Of a stretch of DNA of 53,686 nucleotides, positions 1-9,752 are shown piece by piece. Under the pieces are notes generated by a model, which searched no databases, had not been told where the DNA came from, and saw only the letters and a program-made list of their open reading frames with translations. A program made the translations under genes and the position numbers. The stretch lies in the IMG/VR virus record IMGVR_UViG_3300036822_000287, positions 1-53,686 of that record; one strand, written 5' to 3'. Each line of letters starts with the position of its first letter. The stretch's first letter is position 1. The stretch comes from a virus. Its lineage: Duplodnaviria; Caudoviricetes.

Positions 1-1376
1 ATGGTTTACGAAATCTCTGTTTGTTTTAAATCTGTACGCAATACAATGTTGTGTTTAGTTATTCCTCTGTTCATGATCTCCACGGCAAACGCCACGTGCT
101 ATCTTATTAGCTATAATGGTACCAGAGGTGTTAACGATAATACTTATATAGACCCTGCCTATGGCACTAATGCATCCTGGCCGGGATCGAGTGATACCCA
201 AGGAACGGCAGCAAATATGCCGGGAAAATTAACCTGGACAACCTTGCTTTCCAGCCTGAAGGTACTCTGATATGGTCTGGCACGGATACGTTTTATAATA
301 TGGAAACACCTTCTTTCACACCTGAGCAAGTTTTATTTCGCTGCACGCCAGATGAGGAAGGAAAAATATATGAATATTACGCCACTAATGGAGATAGCAC
401 CTATGGTGGTAAATACGAGGATGGTGCAGATATTGGTTTGCCAGACGCCTATGCCACATACTTTAAAGGACTTTTGATCCGCGTAACCAACACTACGACG
501 GGTGAGGCTTATAGCCGTTATTGGAAGGCCAGAGCATTTACGGATCTCGATAAAGATGGTAAAGGATGGCTATTAGTCAAAGCGAAAAACTTCTCTCAAG
601 GTGTGAAAATAGAATTATTTCGTGCAAGTAATAACCAGCATTATGGGAAATCTAATGCAGGAAACTATAGCCATTCACAGCCTGCTGCCTATGTTGCTTT
701 TAAAGGCGGCGGTATTGGTAATAACCTTTCGCCTGGCGCGGATTCAGAAAACCATTATGACGGCTGGTATGGGGATTGGCCGGGTGCTGTTAATCTCTAT
801 AATCATGTTTACATCACCTACAGTGCGACCTGTATGGTGGCGAATGTGACCCCCTATGTCAGATTCCCCACTATTTCACAGGCAGAATTAGCCAGTGGTG
901 CTAAGCCTTCCTCCAACGTACAGGTCAGGTTTAATTGCGAAACAGCAACGCCTGATAGCGGGATTTCAGCATTTAAGAGTGGAACAGATTCCGGGCAGAC
1001 GGCAATGGGTTTGCTGCCTGATGCAGAAAATGTGACGACAGCCATTAACGAAGGTTTTGGTACCTCCAAGGGTGGGGTAAGCTATTTATTGTCAGACGGG
1101 TATGGTACTGACCCAACGATCGCAACAGGTGTCGGTATTCAGATCAGTGATAAAAGTGGCGCCCCTCTCACACTATTGGGTCAACTGGGTAATTTTGGCA
1201 ACGGAGAAACCTCAGGTTGGTATCCTGTCCTGGATAATAGCGATTTACAAGGCTCAGATTCATCGGTGTCCTATTACAGCAAAACACTGACCGCATCCTT
1301 AATGCAGTTGCCGGGGAAAACCGCTACCACAGGCAAGGTTTCTGCTAATCTCAAGGTTATTATTCAGGTTCAGTAA
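1..1376 (+). pseudogene. Fimbrial adhesin/tip protein (StbD-like), split by a 1-nt frameshift
   Basis: ORF 1..270 has a signal peptide; ORF 300..1376 ends in a pilin-like domain (..GKVSANLKVIIQVQ). Adding one A to the A4 run at 225-228 joins them (MPGKINLDNLAFQPEGTLIWSG...METPSFTPEQVLFRC). Confidence 0.75.
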
Positions 1377-1387
1377 AGGGGGGCGGA

Positions 1388-2107
1388 ATGGGAAGCATAC
1401 GATACATATCAGAAAGATTAGGCATGTTGTTACTTTCTCTTATGATAGTTTCTCCTTTCGCTCAATCTGAGATGTATTTTCAATCCTCACGTGTGGTCTT
1501 TGCTGCGGACAGTAAACAAGTTAATTTTCTTATCTCAAATAAATACCCTTATCCGGTAATGATTATGAGTTGGGTTGATGATGGCCAATCACAATCACCG
1601 GTTGATTTTAAAGGTAGCCCGGTCATACCTTATCCAGCAACGCAGAGAATTCTTGGCGGAAGCACTGAATACCTTAAGCTAATGAATACTTATGCTGACC
1701 TGAAAAATAAAAGAACAGAGTCTTTGTTTTGGCTTAATATTCAAACGATAGCACCGAAAGCAAACGCCACGGCCAGCAATGATATGGATGTCTCAATACT
1801 GACAAAATTCAAACTTTTTTATCGACCAGCTTCGCTCAAAGAAAATGTGTCCGAGGTCGTTAATAAAGTGACTTATTCTGTTGCGACTGAAACTCAATCA
1901 GTGACCGTAAATAACCCAACACCCTATTATATCACGTTCAGGAAATTTGCCGTTGATGGGACACCCGCGTTAAGCGGATTTATGGTTGCGCCTGAATCCA
2001 GTAAGAATGTAGAAATGCAAAAAAATATTCTCAGTCATCAGACTGTAAACTATATAATAATAGATGATGATGGACAATTCGTGGCGGGAGAAGGCATTGT
2101 TAAATAA
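1388..2107 (+). CDS. Fimbrial periplasmic chaperone (PapD/StbE-like)
   Basis: Signal peptide; SRVVF, SWVD, RTESLFWLNIQTIAP, KLFYRP and NPTPYYITF chaperone motifs. Confidence 0.9.
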   Translation: MGSIRYISERLGMLLLSLMIVSPFAQSEMYFQSSRVVFAADSKQVNFLISNKYPYPVMIMSWVDDGQSQSPVDFKGSPVIPYPATQRILGGSTEYLKLMNTYADLKNKRTESLFWLNIQTIAPKANATASNDMDVSILTKFKLFYRPASLKENVSEVVNKVTYSVATETQSVTVNNPTPYYITFRKFAVDGTPALSGFMVAPESSKNVEMQKNILSHQTVNYIIIDDDGQFVAGEGIVK

Positions 2108-2120
2108 AGTTTATTCATAA

Positions 2121-2158
2121 TAAAAGGGCCAGAGTAAATTCTGGCCATTTTATTTTTT
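2121..2158 (+). terminator. Rho-independent terminator of the fimbrial operon
   Basis: GGCCAGA/TCTGGCC stem followed by a T-rich tract. Confidence 0.7.
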
Positions 2159-2561
2159 ACCTTAGAAGTTTGTACCCGATGCTTATTTTCTTAACGCATG
2201 GTAGTTTGATGCTCCCACTTGTTCAAAATATTATTTTTCTGGAAAACCATTTGTATAATGGGGTTAGGGCTTTTTACAGAGATTTTGATTTGGTGGGTTA
2301 CTGAACCTGCTTTTGTGTAATTTGTATTGGTGTTTTCTAGAAAACTTCAAGTTTTATCAGATTACCAAAAGAGATGTTCTGTGAAGAGTGATTGTTGCTG
2401 GGTAAGGTCAATTTGGTTGCCTAAACCGACTTGTCTAAGACGCTCGGAGTTATCAAAAATGAAGTGAAAATGCTGTTCTGGTTATCCGGGAGCGGTCTGT
2501 TGTCTCAGGAACTGTAAGTATCCCAGCTTTAGTTTTATGCACTTTTGAGAGTTCCGGCTTT

Positions 2562-3030
2562 TGACCTTGGTCCGAAATCAAAGCAGTGCTAAATTAGAGA
2601 TCTTCGTCCTTTTGCAGGCTCCGGATAAACTCAGCCGGAATCATGTCATTTAATGATGTATGCGTTCTCTCATGATTTTATTTCCTGCGCCAGTTGTCGA
2701 GTTTGTCTTGCGCATCTTCCAGTGGGGGAACCAGTGAAAGTTCTGGCATTCATCCCGCAGACTACCTTTAAATGATTCAATCAACGGGTTATCTGCCGGC
2801 TTTCCGGGGCGAGAGAAGTCCATCGTCATTCCATTTTCATACGCCCATTTATCCAAACTCTTTGAGATAAATTCACTGCCGTTATCTGTCTGAATACGCA
2901 CTGGCTGGCGTTGAATCAGTACCCGTAATTATTCCATCACACCGACTACATCCTCGCCTTTAAGTGATTTTCCGGCGTGCATCGGCAGGCACCCACGACT
3001 AAAATTATCCACTACAGTTGCCTGAACACC
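2562..3030 (-). mobile_element. Degenerate IS3-family (IS407-like) transposase remnant
   Basis: IQTDNGSEFISK..WAY..DFSRPGKP.DN..IESF.GSLRDEC integrase-core motif with frameshifts and stops; probable terminal repeat TGACCTTGGTCC at 2562. Confidence 0.85.
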
Positions 3031-3436
3031 GAAAAAGAAGTGGCATAGTGTGACTTTTATACAAAAAGCGAAAAATACCGTGAAAAACATCGCCAAACAT
3101 TGGTCAATTTGCATTCCATTTTACAGTCATGTCGACGAGATAACGTGTTAGCTAATATTTCATATTAGCTAACGTTTTATTTATTAAAAAATGCACGAGA
3201 GATTCAGGTTTTTCAGCATCATTGTGACCTGAGCGCTCTTATACTATTGCATTCTAAATATTACATCCAACTTTTACTGATTTATTTTTTTCCGCAGAAT
3301 TCGTCAGGGTTTATAATTAAAATGCTTTCTATTGGTTTCTGTTTTTTTCATTGTTTATCACATTGTAACTTTATTTTTACTTATTATGACTCAACGAATC
3401 GATAATTAACGCTCGTAAAATAGAGAGGATTGAGAA

Positions 3437-4363
3437 ATGACTGATGGTATTCGCCCTGATGGCGCAATATTTGCTTCTAAGGCCCCTGTAGGCGAAATAG
3501 AGGATTTTCCCTCTATAAACCGTGGCTGGGGCGTCACTTTTGATGGGAATGATGAAAATGGAGACACTGTCGCCAGTGCGACCAACGGGATCCCGCCGAT
3601 GGAGTGGGATAACGGGCAGCGTAATAAGGTGGACAATAATATCTGGTGGCTTATGCAGCATGCAATTCCTGACTGGTCTGAAGGTACATGGGCCGCAGGT
3701 GCATTTGTTCGATATAACAGTTGGGTCTATTTTAATTCAGCAGATATATCAACCTCGGATAGTCCTGATGAAGGGGGGTGGAGCCCTGTCTTGCCACTAA
3801 ACGGTACCGACGGTTACCTCCAAATCAAAAGCAACCTGTCTGAAATTGCTAATGCCGGAGCCGAAGCACAATCAGCTGCACGTCTCAATCTTGGCATTGA
3901 TACGTTGACTATTATGCAAATGATATATCCGATTGGGGCTGTTATACATAACACTGGAAAGAATCCTTCAGAATATCTTGGGTTTGGAGACTGGACTCAG
4001 CGTGCGGGGAGTATTTATGGTTCAGGTAATGTTACAGACTCTAATGGCGTAGTTCAGGCGCTTGAAGGAGGGGCGATTGCTGGCAACTGGCGCATTCTTC
4101 ACTCTCAAATACAAACTCAAGCTTATAGCTTTACAACTTCGGATGATGCACATAGCCATACTTATAACCAATTTTTAATTGATGGGCATAATGGCACTGA
4201 CAGTAACGATAACAATTATCAAAATGTTCTGAATCCCAGAACGTCAAGTACCGTAACATCATCAGATACTCACAATCATACCGGGAGCATCAGTGTTGGT
4301 GGAAATTTGTCCAACTATTACCAGCCAGGTTATGTTTTCGCCGTATGGGAGCGAATTGCTTGA
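3437..4363 (+). CDS. Tail fibre protein, paralog of 14616..15584
   Basis: N-terminal half collinear with the operon fibre (31 identical aa); YPIGAV..NP..YLGFG.W motif, HxH motifs, C-terminal WERIA. Confidence 0.85.
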   Translation: MTDGIRPDGAIFASKAPVGEIEDFPSINRGWGVTFDGNDENGDTVASATNGIPPMEWDNGQRNKVDNNIWWLMQHAIPDWSEGTWAAGAFVRYNSWVYFNSADISTSDSPDEGGWSPVLPLNGTDGYLQIKSNLSEIANAGAEAQSAARLNLGIDTLTIMQMIYPIGAVIHNTGKNPSEYLGFGDWTQRAGSIYGSGNVTDSNGVVQALEGGAIAGNWRILHSQIQTQAYSFTTSDDAHSHTYNQFLIDGHNGTDSNDNNYQNVLNPRTSSTVTSSDTHNHTGSISVGGNLSNYYQPGYVFAVWERIA

Positions 4364-4489
4364 GTTATGTTATTAATTGGCTTGTTTAATTTCGCGGTTT
4401 CTTGAAAGGTGCTTTTGAAACTCCAGACTGGAGTATTGTGCATAGATAGGTATTACAGTCCTCACTACCAGGCCTTTTCGAAGGCCCCC

Positions 4490-4600
4490 GGAGTGACGCC
4501 ACAAATATTCTCGTGGCGAGCGATATCCCAGAGCACTGTGCGGATGTCATTCGTTGTAGTGCTCGAACGCCGCCGAAAGGTTCTTTCCCGCTGTTACGCG
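4490..4600 (-). mobile_element. IS2-like (IS3 family) OrfB C-terminal remnant
   Basis: Minus-strand translation [27 protein letters not shown] matches the IS2 OrfB C-terminus, with an internal stop. Confidence 0.8.
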
Positions 4601-4938
4601 GTACTGACAGGCAACCATTGGGTGTCATTTCTGTTTCGAATCGGAGATATTAACTATGCTAAATGCAGTTTACTTCCTGATTTAATGCAAACTGTAAACC
4701 TGCGGGATTATTACAGTGATTGACATTAACGAGGGGTAATACTAAGTGTCAACTTAAATGCACTGGAAAATAGTATGATTTAATTTTAAATAAACAATCG
4801 ATTGATCGGGAAATTCCAAAGGCGTAATTTAAATTGCATTGTAAAGACTAATATTTTTACTAGTACACATCATGAAGTTTTTTAAATGGATAATCATTCC
4901 CTTAGTTGTCCTGAAACTGGTGGCGGTATGAGGTATAT

Positions 4939-5325
4939 ATGAGTGACATTACTATTGAGAACTTTCGAGTTCGTTTTCCAGAGTTCGATGATATTTCTGA
5001 TGAGCGTATTCAACTCGCGCTTGATGATACCCTCCCCTATGTTCCAGAAACCCAATTTGGCGACTTCTACGAGCAGGCTTACTACCACCTCACAGCTGTA
5101 TTTCTGACTGGAATGATTACAACCTCTGGACGTGATGGTACCGGGACGGGGTGCACGGCAGGTGCGTTACCGGTGATATCTCAGCAGGCCGGGAGTGTAA
5201 CACTTCAAACATCTGAACCTTTCTCTGTAAATGATTCCTGTTTTGATACCTGGCTTTCGCTTACTGTTTATGGTCAGAGATTTCTTGCTGCACGTGAACA
5301 GGCATTGGCAGTTAACGGCTCATAA
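4939..5325 (+). CDS. Head-tail adaptor-like protein (DUF4054 family)
   Basis: FRVRFPEF..ISDERIQ..L N-terminus, AGSVT, and WLSLTVYGQRF C-terminal motif; GAGG RBS. Confidence 0.75.
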   Translation: MSDITIENFRVRFPEFDDISDERIQLALDDTLPYVPETQFGDFYEQAYYHLTAVFLTGMITTSGRDGTGTGCTAGALPVISQQAGSVTLQTSEPFSVNDSCFDTWLSLTVYGQRFLAAREQALAVNGS

Positions 5326-5376
5326 TTAACATCTGGCTTTGCTGAATTTTTATTTTTCAGAAATACAGGCGGCACC

Positions 5377-5730
5377 ATGATTATTAATCTAAATCCTGTT
5401 GTGAGTGGTTTATTAAGCCAGCCTTTTACGGTTTCGCATCCCGTTGAAAATGACTGGTCTGAATCAAGAGATGAAATAGCCTGTGTTGGTATTATTTCTA
5501 CTGGTCAACCTGACAATGCGCAATTTCTACCAGAAGGTACTCGTCTCCACAATTCCATCGAAATATATTCAGCGTCTGCTGTGAATTTTGGTGATGTGGT
5601 CAATTACCGCAATCAGTCCTTTAAAACCGTTCACTGTCAGGATCACACCGATTATGGCTATCACTACGCTCTCGCGGTTCTCATTAACGAGCCTGCAAAC
5701 CCTGCTGGAACAGGCTTTATCGACGTCTGA
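5377..5730 (+). CDS. Head-closure/stopper-like neck protein
   Basis: 117 aa, QFLPEGTR..SIEIYS and DYGY..A motifs, position after DUF4054. Confidence 0.6.
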   Translation: MIINLNPVVSGLLSQPFTVSHPVENDWSESRDEIACVGIISTGQPDNAQFLPEGTRLHNSIEIYSASAVNFGDVVNYRNQSFKTVHCQDHTDYGYHYALAVLINEPANPAGTGFIDV

Positions 5731-6187
5731 GCAATCGATTGTATTTCATCTGGCAGAGGCCGGAGATGCAGTGACGGCGGGACCATTTATGACCCTGTCA
5801 CTGAATAATGTAAAAAACCCGGGGATTTCGCAGCGTATTCAGGTGGATGACCTCAGTGAGGAAATTCATCAGCCCTGCCTCGGACAGTGCGTTATTCAGG
5901 CTTTTGGCAGCGGCGCATTTGCCCAACTCTCACGGTTAAGTGCCTGGACTGCATCAAGTGCAGGTGGTGAGGCGTTACGAAGCATCGGTGTTACCTGTCT
6001 CCTGGTCAGTGATATTGCGAACACCTCTGCTCCTGTTGCCAGTGGGTATGAAGAGCGCGCCACGATAAGTCTGGCACTGGCCTGGACCGATATTTATCAG
6101 ATTGAACAAACAACTATCAGTGAAGTGCCAATCACCGTACTGGCTGATAACCCTGCAGTACAAATCGATATCGTTGTTACCAAATAA
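5654..6187 (+). CDS. Tail terminator/neck protein
   Basis: Likely ATG at 5654 overlapping the upstream gene; IQAFG..A and YEERA motifs; directly before the sheath. Confidence 0.6.
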   Translation: MAITTLSRFSLTSLQTLLEQALSTSEQSIVFHLAEAGDAVTAGPFMTLSLNNVKNPGISQRIQVDDLSEEIHQPCLGQCVIQAFGSGAFAQLSRLSAWTASSAGGEALRSIGVTCLLVSDIANTSAPVASGYEERATISLALAWTDIYQIEQTTISEVPITVLADNPAVQIDIVVTK

Positions 6188-6197
6188 GAGGATTACT

Positions 6198-7331
6198 ATG
6201 AGTCTGTCACTGGACAATGTCATCAGTGTGACGGTGAACCCACCGGCTGATGTCGTCTCTACCGCTGATTTTGGCACTGTCGTTATTTTTTCACCGGATA
6301 TTTTTATTGCAGCCCTGGATACCCAGGCGTACCTCCAGTATTCGAGCCTGGTTGCCTTCCAGCAGGACTTTCCCCAGGACTCTACACCGGACAGCCTGAC
6401 GCAGACGGTTGAGTATTTCTTCTCACAACCTAAGCGTCCGTCGAAGCTCTATCTTGCACCATGGAATGTTGAGGACAACCAGACACTGGCGGATGCCTAC
6501 GCCACGCTCTCCTCCAGTTGGGATGGCTGGTATTGCGCCGTTCCGGTAGGACATGTCGCCGAGCCTGAAGAACTGCTGGAGGCCGCACAATGGATCCAGG
6601 CAGCATCCAAAATCCAGGCAATCAGCGATGGTGCGGCGAGTGACACGACCCCGTCGACCAGTACTCTAAAACCGCTTATTGATGCCGAATTGTACCGTTC
6701 TCTCGTGCTGTGGTCTTCGGCGTTAACGGATGCAGGCTCTTCCCCGGTAATTTCCGCTGCTGCGTTACTGTGCTCTATCAATTTTAATGCACCAAACAGT
6801 ATGCTGACCCTGAAGTTTAAAGATTTGCCCGGCGTGACGACAGATGACGCTATTACTGACACCATCGCTGATTCGTTAACTCAACAGGGAGTTAACTATT
6901 TCACCACGTTTGGCACTAAGCGCATGCTGGCAGAAGGCTGGATGCTTGGGGCAACAATGTGGGCCGATGAGGTGATTGGCCTTGACTGGCTGCGCAGCGA
7001 ACTGCAGACCAGTGTGTTTAACGGACTTTCAACCCTGGACCGCATCCCACTCAGCGATCAGGGCGTGGCGACAGTGATGAACTATGTCGATACCGCAATG
7101 CGAAAAGCCTTACGCAATGGCCTGATTGGTCCGGGAGTATGGGAAGGAAATGCGGTGGGTGCGCTGAATACTGGCGATTATCTGGAGAACGGCTATTACA
7201 TCTACGCCGACTCAGTCTCCACGCTTTCTGAAGACGATCGCAAGAACCGTAAATGCCCACCAATTACTGTCTGCGCACATATCGCTGGCGCTATACACAG
7301 CGTAGTCATCAACGTTAACACGTCTCGCTAA
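6198..7331 (+). CDS. Contractile tail sheath protein (DUF3383 family), compact 377 aa
   Basis: ATG at 6198 after GAGG; YFFSQ..RP, TLKFK.LPGV, WADEVIGLDWL, GYYIY, R.CPPI..AGAIH motifs. Confidence 0.88.
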   Translation: MSLSLDNVISVTVNPPADVVSTADFGTVVIFSPDIFIAALDTQAYLQYSSLVAFQQDFPQDSTPDSLTQTVEYFFSQPKRPSKLYLAPWNVEDNQTLADAYATLSSSWDGWYCAVPVGHVAEPEELLEAAQWIQAASKIQAISDGAASDTTPSTSTLKPLIDAELYRSLVLWSSALTDAGSSPVISAAALLCSINFNAPNSMLTLKFKDLPGVTTDDAITDTIADSLTQQGVNYFTTFGTKRMLAEGWMLGATMWADEVIGLDWLRSELQTSVFNGLSTLDRIPLSDQGVATVMNYVDTAMRKALRNGLIGPGVWEGNAVGALNTGDYLENGYYIYADSVSTLSEDDRKNRKCPPITVCAHIAGAIHSVVINVNTSR

Positions 7332-7341
7332 GGGGAATTCC

Positions 7342-7776
7342 GTGGCTTATTTCGATATCAAACAGGTCAACCTCAGCCTGAACACGCGCGCTATTACCGG
7401 CCTTACCACCGACAACGATGCCATCTCATTAAAATCCACGAAAGATGCTGGCGCATGGACGCTGGGTGCAAGTGGAAGTGGGGTATGGACTGCAAATTCG
7501 GATACCTCAGGCACACTGACGCTAAAACTGGTGCAAAACCACCCGGATAATGCCTGGCTTAGCCAGCAATTCGCCCTGCAGCGCAATGACCTGCGGGCAT
7601 TCACGCCGTTTGCGCTCGTGATCCGTGATTTGCTAAACAACGATTTGGTGATGGCCAGTAACGGCATGTTCTCTACACCGTTGACCTTTACCCGCGGAGC
7701 ACAGCCGAACGTCAGCCTCTGGACCATCGCTTTCGAATCCGTCCAGTTGACGCTGGCACCAGGCTACGGGAACTGA
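7342..7776 (+). CDS. Tail tube protein (DUF3277-like)
   Basis: 144 aa directly after the sheath; GA.G.GVW and SGTLTLKL.Q motifs. Confidence 0.8.
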   Translation: MAYFDIKQVNLSLNTRAITGLTTDNDAISLKSTKDAGAWTLGASGSGVWTANSDTSGTLTLKLVQNHPDNAWLSQQFALQRNDLRAFTPFALVIRDLLNNDLVMASNGMFSTPLTFTRGAQPNVSLWTIAFESVQLTLAPGYGN

Positions 7777-7782
7777 TAACCG

Positions 7783-8268
7783 ATGGAAGCGCAGAAAACT
7801 CTGATTCTCGACGGCGTAAGCTACATCATGAGCCCGGCCAATGCGTTCAGTGCGTGGGAAAACCTGCAGAAGCTGCTGGGAGCGATTGGTCGTTCGAAGA
7901 TGGATCACCCGGGGGATGGTTCAATGGCAAGTGCTATTGGCCTTGCATTCTCTGTGATGGATACGCACGAGCTAACGAACATTCAGCGAATGGTGTTCGA
8001 CTACACCGTTGTGAAACCTGTCGAGGGCAATCCTTTCAAACTCAGCGATGGCGCCGAGACGCATTTTAATCAGTATCGCGCTCATCTGCCGACGCTGTTA
8101 GTGGAGGGGGTTATCTACCAGTTCGAGGATTTTTTTACTGGTATCCGCGACGTACTGACCGGTTTGTTTCCGGGCATGACGGAGATGCTGCGCTTCCTGG
8201 AGCAGGCCCGGAAAATGGTCACGACGCCATTATCACCCACAGCTCCGGGAGTGGAGACGACGGCGTAG
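7783..8268 (+). CDS. Tail assembly chaperone (gpG equivalent)
   Basis: Between tube and tape measure; HFNQYR.HL..L..EG..YQF.DFF motif with slippery T7 at 8130-8136. Confidence 0.8.
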   Translation: MEAQKTLILDGVSYIMSPANAFSAWENLQKLLGAIGRSKMDHPGDGSMASAIGLAFSVMDTHELTNIQRMVFDYTVVKPVEGNPFKLSDGAETHFNQYRAHLPTLLVEGVIYQFEDFFTGIRDVLTGLFPGMTEMLRFLEQARKMVTTPLSPTAPGVETTA

Positions 8269-8420
8269 ACTGGTTTATCTGGACGCCGGTTACCCGGCGT
8301 TTTTGTACGCTGCATGAGCTGCGTACTGTCTACAGTCTTGCCGATCTGATGGCCATGCATGATGCAATCCATGCAATGAATCAGCATGCTCTTGCCAGCC
8401 AGACTGGTGAGAAAGGCTGA
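8130..8420 (+). CDS. -1 frameshift extension of the chaperone (gpT equivalent, DUF6889-like)
   Basis: -1 frame is open from 8070 to TGA 8418-8420, has no plausible early start codon, and encodes VDWFIWTPV..FCTLHELRTVYSLADL..MH. Confidence 0.72.
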   Translation, partial: FFYWYPRRTDRFVSGHDGDAALPGAGPENGHDAIITHSSGSGDDGVDWFIWTPVTRRFCTLHELRTVYSLADLMAMHDAIHAMNQHALASQTGEKG

Positions 8421-8450
8421 GAATGTGTTGTTACGCATTCAGGGGAAAGA

Positions 8451-9752
8451 ATGGTTATTGATGAATTTCTTCAGGCTCTTGGCGTGGAAAGTCTGCCTAC
8501 AGATTTTCAGTCATTAGATGCTTCTGTTGTGCAAAACAGTACAGCCCTGCTGGATGTAGCCAGTCTGTGTGCCGGGCTGTCAGATGCGCTGAATCAGGCT
8601 CAACAGAGTGTCAGTTTCTTCGGCACACAAACCGTTACGCTGGCAACGTTAATGCAGCAAGCGGCTGAGAGCGGAATATCAACGCTGCAAAATGAGCCGA
8701 TACAGACGGTTCTCGCTCAGGTTCAGCCTGGGGCTTCCGGCACATCAACCCTGGCAGCAACTCCTGCTTCGCCATCCCTGTTCACATCAGCCTCCGCGGC
8801 GTTTGGTGATCTGGATGACCAGTCGGTACGTCTGGCTCAAAGCTGGCAGGCATTTTTGCAGAACCAGGACGTCGGGGCTTTTGCACAGTCGCTGAGCGAT
8901 ATCGGCAGCGCGGTAGCAGGCGATGCCGATCAACTGACAAGTGCGAAACAGGAAGTCATGGACTTCTTTAACAGCATCAATGACGGAATTGCGTTTTTCG
9001 AAGAGTTACAGACTGTCATTACTGCTGTGGGTGAGGCCGAAGGTTTTGCCGCCACGATGGGAGAGTTGATGGCGTTGCCCTTCACCGCAATTGCAGCCGC
9101 TATTGTGGCCGTCGGTGCCGCGCTGGTTTATGCCTATCAGCAATACCAGGCGTTCAAACAGGGGGCCACTGATGGCCTGTTATACGACGTTTTCACCGGG
9201 TTCAGTGAATTACTGGTTAGTATTAGTGGCCTCTGGCGCTATGTGATGGACGAAGCCATTGAGAGTCTGCTCAAAATCAAATCAAATCTGCCAGGCTTTG
9301 CAGGCGGCGGTCTGAGTGATGAAGAGCAGGTGAGACTGACCCAATTGCAAAAACAGACCGCAAAAGGGTTGTCAGGTTATCAGAATACGGCTGTCACTCA
9401 GTATAAAAATGAGCGCCATGCCATTGAGGCCAAAGCCCGTGAGCAGAAAGCCAAAACACCCGCACCGCAACCTGCTCCTGCGCTTTCAGCGCTGCTCCCT
9501 TCACCCAATGCACTTTCTAACATTCCCGCGCACGGTGCGCTGACGCATCGCTCCCCAATGGCGGCAGCTTCGGTGGGACCATCAGGCGTGGAGCCTTCCG
9601 GCAGCACTCAGTTCTATATCGACACCCTCAATGTGACGGCAGATTCACCAGCTGAACTGGCCAGCAGCGTCGCACAGGAAGCCGATGTCGTTCATTCCCG
9701 GCATGTCTCTACCATGCTGAATTATTCCCGTGGGAAAGGAGTCAGACCATGA
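8451..9752 (+). CDS. Tape measure protein (short, 433 aa)
   Basis: MVIDEFL..LG N-terminus, A/Q/S-rich helical body with a hydrophobic segment, position after the chaperones. Confidence 0.75.
   Translation: MVIDEFLQALGVESLPTDFQSLDASVVQNSTALLDVASLCAGLSDALNQAQQSVSFFGTQTVTLATLMQQAAESGISTLQNEPIQTVLAQVQPGASGTSTLAATPASPSLFTSASAAFGDLDDQSVRLAQSWQAFLQNQDVGAFAQSLSDIGSAVAGDADQLTSAKQEVMDFFNSINDGIAFFEELQTVITAVGEAEGFAATMGELMALPFTAIAAAIVAVGAALVYAYQQYQAFKQGATDGLLYDVFTGFSELLVSISGLWRYVMDEAIESLLKIKSNLPGFAGGGLSDEEQVRLTQLQKQTAKGLSGYQNTAVTQYKNERHAIEAKAREQKAKTPAPQPAPALSALLPSPNALSNIPAHGALTHRSPMAAASVGPSGVEPSGSTQFYIDTLNVTADSPAELASSVAQEADVVHSRHVSTMLNYSRGKGVRP

Noticed and set aside
4386-4723. ORFs 4409..4723 (+) and 4386..4628 (-)
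   Set aside because: Chance frames over a degenerate IS2-like remnant; no RBS or recognisable product.
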